Origin: a bacterium | Lineage (GTDB): Bacteria > UBP7 > UBA6624 > JBBIMK01 | Length of the DNA: 19,691 bases | Reading direction: 5' to 3' | Assembly: GCA_037444445.1 (NCBI GenBank) | Contig: JBBIMK010000031.1 | Location: 1 to 19,691, forward strand | Shown: in pieces, positions 1 to 8,590 of the stretch | How the letters are laid out: the number at the start of each line of letters is the position of its first letter | Position numbering within the stretch: position 1 is the first letter of the stretch | The notes under the pieces: generated by a model | Databases searched by the model: none | What the model saw: only the letters and a program-made list of their open reading frames with translations | Told to the model about the DNA's origin: nothing | Position numbers and translations under genes: made by a program

Positions 1-71
1 CTTCTTTAATCACCCCTGCTGATTTCCCACCGGGCACATCGTAGTGCTGGCATTTTTCGCGGGAGGTTCTG

Positions 72-101
72 TGAAGAAAATTTCAGGGGGGAAATACCCC
101 C
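72..101 (-). terminator. Candidate intrinsic terminator downstream of narK
   Basis: G-run 86-91 pairs with CCCCC 97-101 (5 bp stem, about 5-nt loop). It lies 12 nt past the narK stop (113-115). On the minus strand the stem is followed by TGAAATTTTCTTC (85-73). The stem is short and the U-tract is interrupted. Confidence 0.4.
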
Positions 102-112
102 GATTCCGATTT

Positions 113-1441
113 TTAATATCGGGGGAAGGGTGCTACGGGGGCCTCTGTTTGCAAGACATACGCCCGATTGAGAACATGCGCCAGGAGTAAAGAGATGGAG
201 GCAAGGGCAATAAAGATAACGAAGCCATAAGAATAGCCGATTTTACCGGATGTGCTGACGAAGAGAGCCATCAAGGGTGGGATGGCGAAGCCGCCGAAGG
301 CTCCCAGGCCACCCACCCATCCTGCCGCTCCGCCCACCGCTTCTTTCACATAACGAGGGACCAATTTGAACACGGCGGCGTTACCTGCACCCATTCCGAT
401 TGCCATAACAATTTCCGCCACGATGGAAAGAGCAAACTTCCGGGATATCATCATCAAAAGCCCACCAGCAGCCATAGTCAAAAGTGCCAGAATGACAGTC
501 TTTTCCCCACCGATGCGGTCGGAAATGCCCCCCCCAACTACGCGAATAATGGAAGTGAGCAAGGAATATATGGCAGTCAGGATTCCCGCAGTAACGGCAG
601 TGACTCCGAAGAAATTTCCCCAGTAGATGGGAAGCCATGCCGTGAGGGCGATAAATCCTCCGAAAGTGGTAAAATAAATAGCCACGAGACCCCAGGTTTT
701 CCAGTTTTGCGCCGAGAGAAGCAAACTTTCTTTCAGGCTTCTGGCAGGAAAAAGTTCCTGCCCCTGCTCCCGGGCCACCTTCTTTGCTTCACTTACTGAA
801 ACCCCCTGATGAAGTAACTGGAAATACCAGCAATTACGACCGTATATATAATAGAGAATAGTTCCGGTGAGCAAAAAGATAAGCCAGATGAGGTAAGAAC
901 CCATAAGCCCGAGGGAATTTAAGGCGATGGGAAGCAGGAAAGAAAACAATCCTGGAGCCAGGTTCCCGATACCTGCATAGGTTCCCAGTGCCCAGCCCTG
1001 CCGGGATTGAGGAAACCAGTAAGAAACCTGGCTAATCCCTACAGAGAAGGTGGCTATCCCACATCCGCAGAAAACTCCAAGGGTCAGAAGCAAGGGAAAC
1101 AGCCCCCGGTGCAGGCCCTCCGGGTAAAGGAAGTGAACCACGGCGGTCAGCCCCAGCATACCAATGATGGAGAGCAATAGTAGCACCAGGAAGGGTCTGC
1201 GTCCCCCGCTGGTATCCACCCAGGCTCCGAAGGGGATGCGCAGAAGCGAGCCGGAGAGAGCTGGCACCGCTACCAGTAGTCCCACCTCCAGTGGTTCCAG
1301 ACCGATTGCTTCTTTAAATCGCATGGCGGTCGGGCCGAAGAGGGCCACAGCCGCAAATCCAATGAAGAACCCCAATGTGGCACCGAAGAGACCCTCCTTT
1401 GGGCTACCTTTCAATCGGTAGATACTCCCTCGTCGTTCCAT
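113..1441 (-). CDS. narK: MFS nitrate/nitrite transporter (NarK family)
   Basis: 442 aa, about 12 predicted TM segments. NNP-family signature-like motifs YAGIGNLAPG and GMGAGNAAVFKLVP. Conserved Arg contexts LLRIPFGAWVD and IIRVVGGGISDR. ATG at 1441 preceded by AGGGGGATGAT (SD). Sits 16 nt after the narI stop. Confidence 0.9.
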   Translation of the reverse strand: MERRGSIYRLKGSPKEGLFGATLGFFIGFAAVALFGPTAMRFKEAIGLEPLEVGLLVAVPALSGSLLRIPFGAWVDTSGGRRPFLVLLLLSIIGMLGLTAVVHFLYPEGLHRGLFPLLLTLGVFCGCGIATFSVGISQVSYWFPQSRQGWALGTYAGIGNLAPGLFSFLLPIALNSLGLMGSYLIWLIFLLTGTILYYIYGRNCWYFQLLHQGVSVSEAKKVAREQGQELFPARSLKESLLLSAQNWKTWGLVAIYFTTFGGFIALTAWLPIYWGNFFGVTAVTAGILTAIYSLLTSIIRVVGGGISDRIGGEKTVILALLTMAAGGLLMMISRKFALSIVAEIVMAIGMGAGNAAVFKLVPRYVKEAVGGAAGWVGGLGAFGGFAIPPLMALFVSTSGKIGYSYGFVIFIALASISLLLAHVLNRAYVLQTEAPVAPFPRY

Positions 1442-1457
1442 ATCATCCCCCTATGGG

Positions 1458-2159
1458 TTACCTCTTCAGCGCCACGTAACTCCGCATGGAGATGTAAGGC
1501 CGAGGGATATAGCCGAAGGGATAACTGAACATATGTACCAGTTTGGTAAATGGGAAGTAGGCAAAGAAGATAAAGTTCACAATCAGGTGCAGTTTAGCCG
1601 GTAGGGGTAAGCCACTGACCAGGGTGGGGTTAGGGCGGAAGGTGAAGAGGCTGTAGAGCCAGGGGCCCACCCCATAGGATAACCCGAAGATGAGTCGCAC
1701 GGCTGAGGTATACAGGCCCAGCCCGCTGATCACCATCAGGAAGAGGAGCACCAGATAATCCTCCGGGGTGCTCATGGCTCGCAGCTGGGGCCTAGTCAGC
1801 CGACGCACGAAGGCCCAGGAGGCGCCGTAGAAAACGAGGATGCCGGAAAACATTCCCACCCATCGGAAGAACTCCACCAGGGAAGGGGTTTTCAGCCAGC
1901 CTCCAAAAAAGCCCAGAATGTGGGCAACAATCAGAATGACGAGACCCCAATGCAGGCACAGGGTTGCCGGCCCGATGGAGGCCCGCCCGAAAAAGCCCGT
2001 GGAACGGGTTGTCCACAGGAAGTCCCCGTATGCGCTCCGATTCCACTTCCCCCTGAACCGGCTCTTTAGACCGGTAAAACCCCTGTAGACTGACCCGCCG
2101 ATGAACAGGAGAAGAGTGATATAGGGCAGTCCAACAAAGAAGAAGTTATCCACCATCAT
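1458..2159 (-). CDS. narI: Respiratory nitrate reductase gamma subunit (diheme cytochrome b, NarI)
   Basis: 233 aa polytopic membrane protein. His pairs spaced as in E. coli NarI: CLHWGLVILIVAHILG (H-x9-H) and KLHLIVNFIFFAYFPFTKLVHM (H-x17-H). ATG preceded by AGGGAGGTGATAA. Overlaps the narJ 3' end by 14 nt. Confidence 0.9.
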   Translation of the reverse strand: MMVDNFFFVGLPYITLLLFIGGSVYRGFTGLKSRFRGKWNRSAYGDFLWTTRSTGFFGRASIGPATLCLHWGLVILIVAHILGFFGGWLKTPSLVEFFRWVGMFSGILVFYGASWAFVRRLTRPQLRAMSTPEDYLVLLFLMVISGLGLYTSAVRLIFGLSYGVGPWLYSLFTFRPNPTLVSGLPLPAKLHLIVNFIFFAYFPFTKLVHMFSYPFGYIPRPYISMRSYVALKR

Positions 2160-2751
2160 TTATCACCTCCCTCGTGCGAACTTCCTGGTCCAATTTCAGC
2201 ATACGCTCCAGCCCGTCCAGAAGCTGGAGGTAAGGGACTTTGAGCATCTCCAGCCTTGAGCGAACGGGTGGCAGAAAGGGAAGAATATATTCCCTGATAA
2301 GCCTGGTTCTAACAGGGTCTTCAACCTCAGTCGTCAGTGCCAGAGCCTCCACCATCAGCGGGAGATAATCCGGCAACTCCTTCCCCTTTAGTGCCAGTCC
2401 GAAGTGGTTGTAAATACCGACCAGGTTCAGCATATACTCGTTCCTGCTGGAAACGGCGGCCTGGGCGCAGGTCTTCGGCTCCTCAAAGACATGGCTCCCC
2501 AGGTAAAGGGGACATCGTGGGTTCAACTCAAACATTTCCACGTATTCTTCTTCGGGGGGAGGATAATGGGCAAGGAACCGGGCAAGCAAAGAGGCAATCT
2601 CCGGGTCTATTTCGCTCCAGGCTCTAATGACTTCATCTGCTTCTTCCTGCACTATTTCCACTTCTCTCGGGTTGCACCAGAGGTCTGCCACGAGTGCATA
2701 AGCGCGGCGCAGTAACGGGGCGATATTTTTCAGGCTTGTGGCTTCATTCAT
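2146..2751 (-). CDS. narJ: Nitrate reductase assembly chaperone (NarJ/TorD family)
   Basis: 201 aa acidic soluble protein in the canonical position between narH and narI. NarJ-like motifs (YVEMFELN, ELPDYLPLMVEAL). ATG at 2751 overlaps the narH stop region by 8 nt. Confidence 0.85.
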   Translation of the reverse strand: MNEATSLKNIAPLLRRAYALVADLWCNPREVEIVQEEADEVIRAWSEIDPEIASLLARFLAHYPPPEEEYVEMFELNPRCPLYLGSHVFEEPKTCAQAAVSSRNEYMLNLVGIYNHFGLALKGKELPDYLPLMVEALALTTEVEDPVRTRLIREYILPFLPPVRSRLEMLKVPYLQLLDGLERMLKLDQEVRTREVINDGG

Positions 2752-4309
2752 ACTTTTTCTCCGGGGTGTGATGGGCTCGGTGATAACTCCGTCGCCGTGC
2801 CAGGGGGCTGGAGAGGGTCATTTCAGCAAACCCGGCGAAACCTCGCTCGGTGTAGGGGCTCAAGGCTGCCTTCTCCCGCTTGGTGGTGGGCACCACGAAC
2901 CGCTCGTGGTAGAAAGCCAGCGATAAGCCTCGCACAATCCTCCTGGCATCTTCCTCGGTCAGGCCCACTCTTCGGAGCACCTCCAGGTCAGGCTTTCCTT
3001 CCACCCTTATGCTCCTCTCGTAGTGTCTGACAGCCAGCTGTCTCAGGAGGGATTTTCTCACTTCTTCCTCGTTCCCCGCCGCGAACAGGTTGGCGAGGTA
3101 GTTAATGGGAACCCGGAACTTATCCAGTTCGTCCAGGCTCAACAGGGGGCCGCTGGCTGGTTTTGCCATATCAAAGACGTCCTTATCATCGGGTGAGTTC
3201 AGTCCGGCGCTGGTGATGATGGGGGCAAGCGGTGGGATGTACCAGAGCATGGGCAGAGTACGGAACTCGGGATGGAGGGGCAAGGCAAGTTCCCATTGCT
3301 TGATCAGTCGGAACGGTGCTGAGCGCTGAGCAGCATCTATCCAGTCGTCGCTGATGCCACTTTCCCTGGCGGTTCTGATGACCTCGGGAGCGAAGGGGTT
3401 CAGGATAATCTCCCGCTGCGCCCGCACGAGGTCCTTTTCGTCCGCCAGGGCTGCTTCCTGTACCCGGTCCATATCATAAAGGACCACTCCGAAGGAGCGG
3501 ATGCGTCCCACGCAAGTGTGGAAGCAGACGGGAGGTAATCCCACCTCCACCCTGGGATAGCAGAGGATGCACTTCTCCATCTTGCCCGCACGCCAGTTGT
3601 AGTACGGTTTCTTGTAGGGGCAGGAAGAGATACAGTAACGCCAGTTCCGGCACCGGATCTGGTCAATGAGGACAATGCCGTCCTCCTCCCGCTTATAGGC
3701 GGCCCCGGAGGGGCAGGCGGCCACACAAGCAGGGTTGAGGCAGTGGTTGCAGATGCGCGGAAGGTAGAAGTAGAAGACGTCCCGGAACTTCAGGTACGCT
3801 TCGTGTTCCTCCTTGCTCATTCCCTGGAAGTTCACATCATACTTCCCGGTCACGTGAGCCCCACCGGCGTTGTCCTCCCAGTTCACGTTCCAGGTCAGGG
3901 GGATGTCTTCTTCCTCGGTGACCATGGACCTGGGACGTGACATAGGTTGCTGGCTCTTCTGCTCGGTGGTGTGAAGGTCATCATAGGTGAAGGTATACAC
4001 ATCCTTACCGTAGTAATCAGTCATCTCCGGCATATGAGGGTTGAAGAAGAGATTGAAGAGCATGTAGGGCTTTCCGCCGTAGCGGAGCCGGAGGTTATCT
4101 CCTTTCTTGACCCATCCTCCCTTCCACAACCTCTGATTCTCCCAGCGCTTGGGGTAGCCGATTCCCGGCTTGGTCTCCACATTGTTCCACCACATATACT
4201 CCGCGCCTTCCCGGTTGGTCCAGACATTCTTGCAGGCAACGGTGCAGGTGTTGCACCCGATGCATTTCTCCAGGTTGAATGTCATAGAAAATTGTGCTTT
4301 GACTCTCAT
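2744..4309 (-). CDS. narH: Respiratory nitrate reductase beta subunit (Fe-S subunit, NarH)
   Basis: Collinear with E. coli NarH as recalled from memory: LEKCIGCNTCTVACKNVW, WWNNVETKPG, RICNHCLNPACVAACPSGA, RCRNWRYCISSCPYKK, CILCYPR, CVGRIR. The track ORF starts at GTG 4318. ATG 4309 gives MRVKAQFSMTFNLEKC, matching E. coli MKIRSQVGMVLNLDKC residue for residue, and places AGGAGGTG 8 nt upstream. I therefore call 4309 as the start. Confidence 0.95.
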   Translation of the reverse strand: MRVKAQFSMTFNLEKCIGCNTCTVACKNVWTNREGAEYMWWNNVETKPGIGYPKRWENQRLWKGGWVKKGDNLRLRYGGKPYMLFNLFFNPHMPEMTDYYGKDVYTFTYDDLHTTEQKSQQPMSRPRSMVTEEEDIPLTWNVNWEDNAGGAHVTGKYDVNFQGMSKEEHEAYLKFRDVFYFYLPRICNHCLNPACVAACPSGAAYKREEDGIVLIDQIRCRNWRYCISSCPYKKPYYNWRAGKMEKCILCYPRVEVGLPPVCFHTCVGRIRSFGVVLYDMDRVQEAALADEKDLVRAQREIILNPFAPEVIRTARESGISDDWIDAAQRSAPFRLIKQWELALPLHPEFRTLPMLWYIPPLAPIITSAGLNSPDDKDVFDMAKPASGPLLSLDELDKFRVPINYLANLFAAGNEEEVRKSLLRQLAVRHYERSIRVEGKPDLEVLRRVGLTEEDARRIVRGLSLAFYHERFVVPTTKREKAALSPYTERGFAGFAEMTLSSPLARRRSYHRAHHTPEKKYE

Positions 4310-4324
4310 AGTTTTCACCTCCTG

Positions 4325-7300
4325 TTATGTGGCAGGTAATTTATCCAGTTCCTCTTCGCGATAGATGACCCCCTTTCCGCCTGGTGCGAGGGGCATTTTG
4401 CGGATGAGCACCCCGTGGTCTCTTTCCGAAGGGCTGGTTCCCCAGTAGTTGATGTCGTAGCAGAAGTTAGCATAGCCTCCCACCATGGTGTGAGGATTCA
4501 TCAAAATGCGGGTGGTGGCATTGTTGTTGCCCCCCCGCAGGTCGGAGCAGCCACGCTTCTTAGCCAGGGGCGAGAAGGGAACGTTCACGTGCCGTTCTAC
4601 CTGGTGGTAGACGATGGCCATACCCCGGGGCACCTGGTGGCTTACCACCGCCCGGCAAACCTGGATGCCAGCCTCGCAGTAGAGTTCCACCCAATCGTTG
4701 TCTTTGACCTGGATCTCATGGGCGTCTTCCGGGTTAAGCCAGACGGTAGGGCCGCCCCTTGACATATGCATCATCGGCCAGTGGTCGCGGAAGGAGCTAT
4801 GAATCTGCCATTTGCCGTGGGGGGTGATGAAGCGGAAGACCCTGGAGCCGGGCTCTGCTTTGTCGGGCCGGATATCGCCAAGGGCTACCACATCCAGAGG
4901 TGGTTTCCAGGTGGGCAAGGCTTCCCCGAGTTCACGAATGGCCTGATGGTCAAAGTAAATTTCAATCCGCCCCGTGAGGGTATGCCAGGGTTTGAGCCGT
5001 TCCACATTCAGCGTCCAGGGGGCGAAGGTTCTCTGCTTGCCTGTGGCTGGGTCAAAGAGAATGGCCCCCCACATAGGGGTGGTGTGAATCCGCCGCGGCT
5101 GCGAAGCGAGGTCCTTATAGTGCACACGACGGGTTCTCACCGGCTCCACCAGGTCCGCTAATGGCAGACCCACCTTCTTCTCCATCTCCTTGAAGAACAT
5201 ACAGGCCAGACGCCCGTTCAGTTCTGGAGAAACCTGGCAAATGAGTTCGCAGAACTGCTCGGGCCGTTCGAAGTAGACCCGCCCGTCCTTCACCGTGAGC
5301 GTTTCGTTGTTCTTTAGTTCCTCCTCCGCGATGGGCGTCAGGTCCGTATAGTGGCCTTTGGAGCCGTAGTGGTCAATCCGTGGCCCTAAGGAGACCAATC
5401 TGTCATAGACCTGGGTATAGTCCCGCTCCACAATGAAGATGTGAGGGAAGTATTTACCCGGGACACACTCCACATCTCCCTTTCTCCAATCCTTCACCTC
5501 TCCCAGGGGCTGACCCAGTTGGTCGGGGGTGTCCATCCAAAGGGGCCTGAGCACGATATCCTTGACCGGCTGGGGGAAGTGCTTCTTTGCCAGCTCCGAG
5601 AACTTCTTGGCGATAAGTTTAAAGGCTTCCCAGTCGTGCTTCGCTTCCCAGGGCGGTTCGGTAGCCGGCTGGAGAGGATGCACGAAGGTGTGCATATCGC
5701 CGAAGGTGATGTCGTACTTCTCGTACCAGAAGGCCGCCGGGAGCACCACATCGGCGTAGTTGGCCGTGGAGTCCATGCGGATGTTCAGGTTCACCAGGAG
5801 GTCCAGCTTGCCGATGGGGGCGGGCTCCTCCCCCTGGATTTCCTTGATTAACCCCCTGGCAGGCTCATCGTCATACAGGACGTTATGGTGGGTACCCAGG
5901 AAGTGCTTGAGGGCAAGTTCGTGCCCCCGCATACTGGTGCCGATGAGGTTGCCCCGCCAGACGGTTAACACTTTGAGACGGTTTTCAGGTGCGTCTATAT
6001 TATGAATGGCGAAGTTGAGTTTGCCGTCCCGATACTGCCTCAGCACCCATGCTTTCACCTCCTCGTCCGTTTTACAGCCGGCCTGTCTTGCCTCTTCGTA
6101 CAGGAGGATAGAGTTTTTGCGATCGAACTGGGGGAAGAAGGGGAGCCAGCCCAGTCGCACGGCCAGGGCATTGAAGTCGGCGGCGTGGTTGAATTCGGGG
6201 CACTTACTGGCATCCACAGCCCACTGGGTATCCAGGGGCATACCATCGTAGCGCCACTGGCCGGTATGGAAGTACCATAGAGAGGTGGAGTTCATCAGGC
6301 GAGCCGGTGCGGTCCAATCAGCGGCGGCGCCGAGATATTTGAAGGCGGCGTGCAAACGGGTGTGCTGGGTTCCCACATAGTGGTTGAAATTGCCGCCGTT
6401 ACGCCCGTGACAACCGCAAAGAGCCAGCATCACCGCCTCGCTGCGGTAATACATGGAGGCGCCGTGGTACCAGTGCTGGATGCCGGGACCCGTGATGATG
6501 AGGGACCGACCGCTTGTCTTTTCGGCGTTTTCGGCGAACTCCCTCCCCACCTGGATGGCGAGGTTCCGGCTTACGCCCGTGATGCGCTCCTGCCAGGCAG
6601 GGGTGAAGGGTCTGGGGTCATTATAATCTTTGGGGTAATCCCCTCCAAGCCCGCGGGAGGGTCCGTTCCAGGCCATCAGCAGGTCGAAAGCTGTGGTCAC
6701 CAGCACCTGCCTCCCGTCTTTCAGAGTGACAGCCCGCGCGGGCACCTCTCTAAGCACCTCACGGGCTTTCTCGGTCTTGCTCCTGCTTTTCCCCAACCAG
6801 ATGCTGAAGGTTTCGGTGAAATCGCTGAAGGAGACCATCACTCTTTTCTCTTCTCTGCCCAGGAGGGTGACGAGAGGGTCGAACTCCTCCCCGGTCACCA
6901 CATTCTTCAGTTGCAGGTTCCAGTTGCCGGTGGGCTCCTTCTCCCAGCGGAAGCCGATAGTCCCCGGGGGCAAATGTAAACTCCCCCGTGAATCCATCAT
7001 AATCATTTTCCACTCGGCGTTCTCCACCCTATCGTAATCGGTCAGGTCACACGCCCGCAAGAAGCGCCCCTGGTGAAACTTTTTGCCCTCGGGGTCAGGC
7101 TCCAGAATCACCAGGAAGGGAAGGTTGGTGTAGCGCTTGATGTAGTCAGTGAAGTAAGGCACCTCCCTGTCGGCGTAGAACTCCTTGAGGATGACATGGA
7201 TGCAAGCCTGGAAGAAGGCGCCGTCGCTACCGGGCACGAGGGGCACCCACAGGTCTGCATACTTGGCCACATCGGAGTAATTGGGGGAGAATACCACCAC

Positions 7301-8080
7301 CTTCGTGCCACGATATTTAGCCTCGGAGAGGAAGTGGACGTCAGCAGTGCGTGTCTGGTTCAGGTTAGAGCCGGCAACGATCCAGTAAGTGCCGAGATAC
7401 CAGTCGGAACTCTCACAGTTTTCGGTCTGGTCGCCGAACATGGTGGACTCAATGTGAGGCAGGTCGTGGTACCACTCGTAGTAACTGCAGTAGATTCCGC
7501 CCAGGAGGTTGTTGTAACGATGGCCTGAGATGAAACTCACGAGGCTCATAGCGGGGATGGGTGAGAAGGCGGCGATGTGGTCGGGGCCGTATTTCTTGAT
7601 GGTGTAGACCTGGGCTGCCGCAATCAGTTCTGTAGCCTCGTCCCAGGTAACCCGCTTCCAGCCCCCCTTTCCCCGTGCGGATTTATAAGCCTTCGCCCTG
7701 ACCTCATCCTCCACAATGCTTGCCCAGGCTTCAACGGGCTCTTTGCCCCGCTGGCGTTCCTGCTGGTAGAGGTCCCACATAACCTTACGGACATAAGGGA
7801 ACTTGGGTCTTAAGGGACTGTAGGGATACCAGGAGGCGGTAACGCCCCGCTGGCATCCCCTGGGCTCCACATTGGGGATGTCGGGGTCAATCTGAGGGTA
7901 ATCCACCTTCTGGAGTTCCCAGCAGATGAGCCCATCCTTTACGAAGACCTCCCAGCTGCACGCCATAGAGCAGTTCACCCCATGGCTGGTTCTGACGACA
8001 TAGTCGTAGGACCACCGACTGCGGTAAAAGTCCTCCCATGACCTGGATTCGCCGGTGATGTTGAACCATTTGCTCTTCAT
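4325..8080 (-). CDS. narG: Respiratory nitrate reductase alpha subunit (Mo-bisMGD catalytic subunit, NarG-type)
   Basis: 1251 aa. FS0 motif HGVNCSMACSW (H-x3-C-x3-C). FSPIPAMS..YEWYHDLP region, including the Asp equivalent to the E. coli Mo ligand. Long collinearity with E. coli NarG. No twin-arginine signal. ATG 8080 preceded by GAGGTGAGACC. An in-frame stop lies 4 codons upstream, so no longer N-terminus is possible. Confidence 0.97.
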   Translation of the reverse strand: MKSKWFNITGESRSWEDFYRSRWSYDYVVRTSHGVNCSMACSWEVFVKDGLICWELQKVDYPQIDPDIPNVEPRGCQRGVTASWYPYSPLRPKFPYVRKVMWDLYQQERQRGKEPVEAWASIVEDEVRAKAYKSARGKGGWKRVTWDEATELIAAAQVYTIKKYGPDHIAAFSPIPAMSLVSFISGHRYNNLLGGIYCSYYEWYHDLPHIESTMFGDQTENCESSDWYLGTYWIVAGSNLNQTRTADVHFLSEAKYRGTKVVVFSPNYSDVAKYADLWVPLVPGSDGAFFQACIHVILKEFYADREVPYFTDYIKRYTNLPFLVILEPDPEGKKFHQGRFLRACDLTDYDRVENAEWKMIMMDSRGSLHLPPGTIGFRWEKEPTGNWNLQLKNVVTGEEFDPLVTLLGREEKRVMVSFSDFTETFSIWLGKSRSKTEKAREVLREVPARAVTLKDGRQVLVTTAFDLLMAWNGPSRGLGGDYPKDYNDPRPFTPAWQERITGVSRNLAIQVGREFAENAEKTSGRSLIITGPGIQHWYHGASMYYRSEAVMLALCGCHGRNGGNFNHYVGTQHTRLHAAFKYLGAAADWTAPARLMNSTSLWYFHTGQWRYDGMPLDTQWAVDASKCPEFNHAADFNALAVRLGWLPFFPQFDRKNSILLYEEARQAGCKTDEEVKAWVLRQYRDGKLNFAIHNIDAPENRLKVLTVWRGNLIGTSMRGHELALKHFLGTHHNVLYDDEPARGLIKEIQGEEPAPIGKLDLLVNLNIRMDSTANYADVVLPAAFWYEKYDITFGDMHTFVHPLQPATEPPWEAKHDWEAFKLIAKKFSELAKKHFPQPVKDIVLRPLWMDTPDQLGQPLGEVKDWRKGDVECVPGKYFPHIFIVERDYTQVYDRLVSLGPRIDHYGSKGHYTDLTPIAEEELKNNETLTVKDGRVYFERPEQFCELICQVSPELNGRLACMFFKEMEKKVGLPLADLVEPVRTRRVHYKDLASQPRRIHTTPMWGAILFDPATGKQRTFAPWTLNVERLKPWHTLTGRIEIYFDHQAIRELGEALPTWKPPLDVVALGDIRPDKAEPGSRVFRFITPHGKWQIHSSFRDHWPMMHMSRGGPTVWLNPEDAHEIQVKDNDWVELYCEAGIQVCRAVVSHQVPRGMAIVYHQVERHVNVPFSPLAKKRGCSDLRGGNNNATTRILMNPHTMVGGYANFCYDINYWGTSPSERDHGVLIRKMPLAPGGKGVIYREEELDKLPAT

Positions 8081-8586
8081 GGTCTCACCTCAACCGATTT
8101 TCTGGCTGCCAGGAGCCCCACGGTGGTCAATACCCCCAGGGCTACCAGAGCGGCGATTAAAGTTGGGAAATACAGAACAGGGATGGCGGCTGGTTGCGGG
8201 GCGGTGGTGCCCGCTACCAGGCTTTCCAGGTAATCAAGGATAGCTCCTGCCTCCTCGTCTGTCAAGCCCAGGTTCGGCATAGGAACGTTGTTGAACTCCT
8301 GAAGGAGCGAGGTGGCAATGGGGTTCTCTTCGCCCAACATTTTGTCCGGTTCCTTAATCCAGCGAGCCAGCCAGGCTCGCTCCCGGCGAGCGGTGACGCC
8401 CTGCAGGTCCGGTCCCACCAGCTTACCGCCGCCGATGGTGTGGCAGGCGGTACATTTCTCTTGAAAAATTGCTTTCCCTCTTTCCACCGACCCGGTGACC
8501 TCACCGGCGGTATGAGCGGGGCTGAAAAGAAAAAGGAGGTTGACTCCCAGAATCCACCAAAACCCGAGAGAGCTTCCGATGAACAA
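8077..8586 (-). CDS. Monoheme class-I-like c-type cytochrome with N-terminal signal/TM and C-terminal TM anchor
   Basis: 169 aa. Single CTACH heme motif (codons at 8454-8440). PMPNLGL candidate Met ligand. Hydrophobic N-terminus ending AHTAGE. C-terminal helix FPTLIAALVALGVLTTVGLLAA followed by RKSVEVRP. Start is TTG (8586-8584), preceded by GAGGGGGTGAGATT (strong SD). Its TGA stop overlaps the narG ATG (ATGA at 8080-8077). Confidence 0.85.
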   Translation of the reverse strand: MFIGSSLGFWWILGVNLLFLFSPAHTAGEVTGSVERGKAIFQEKCTACHTIGGGKLVGPDLQGVTARRERAWLARWIKEPDKMLGEENPIATSLLQEFNNVPMPNLGLTDEEAGAILDYLESLVAGTTAPQPAAIPVLYFPTLIAALVALGVLTTVGLLAARKSVEVRP

Positions 8587-8590
8587 AATC

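Noticed and set aside
4310-4318. GTG 4318 as the narH start, as in the ORF track.
   Set aside because: It would put the AGGAGG SD directly against the start codon. ATG 4309 has proper spacing and aligns exactly with the E. coli NarH N-terminus.
4325-8080. The idea that NarGHI here is really a nitrite oxidoreductase (NxrABC), because of the adjacent cytochrome c and narK.
   Set aside because: This cannot be distinguished by eye. All catalytic motifs are shared between NarG and cytoplasmic-type NxrA. The Thermus-like denitrifier arrangement is the more conservative reading. I keep it only as an alternative to be tested by phylogeny.
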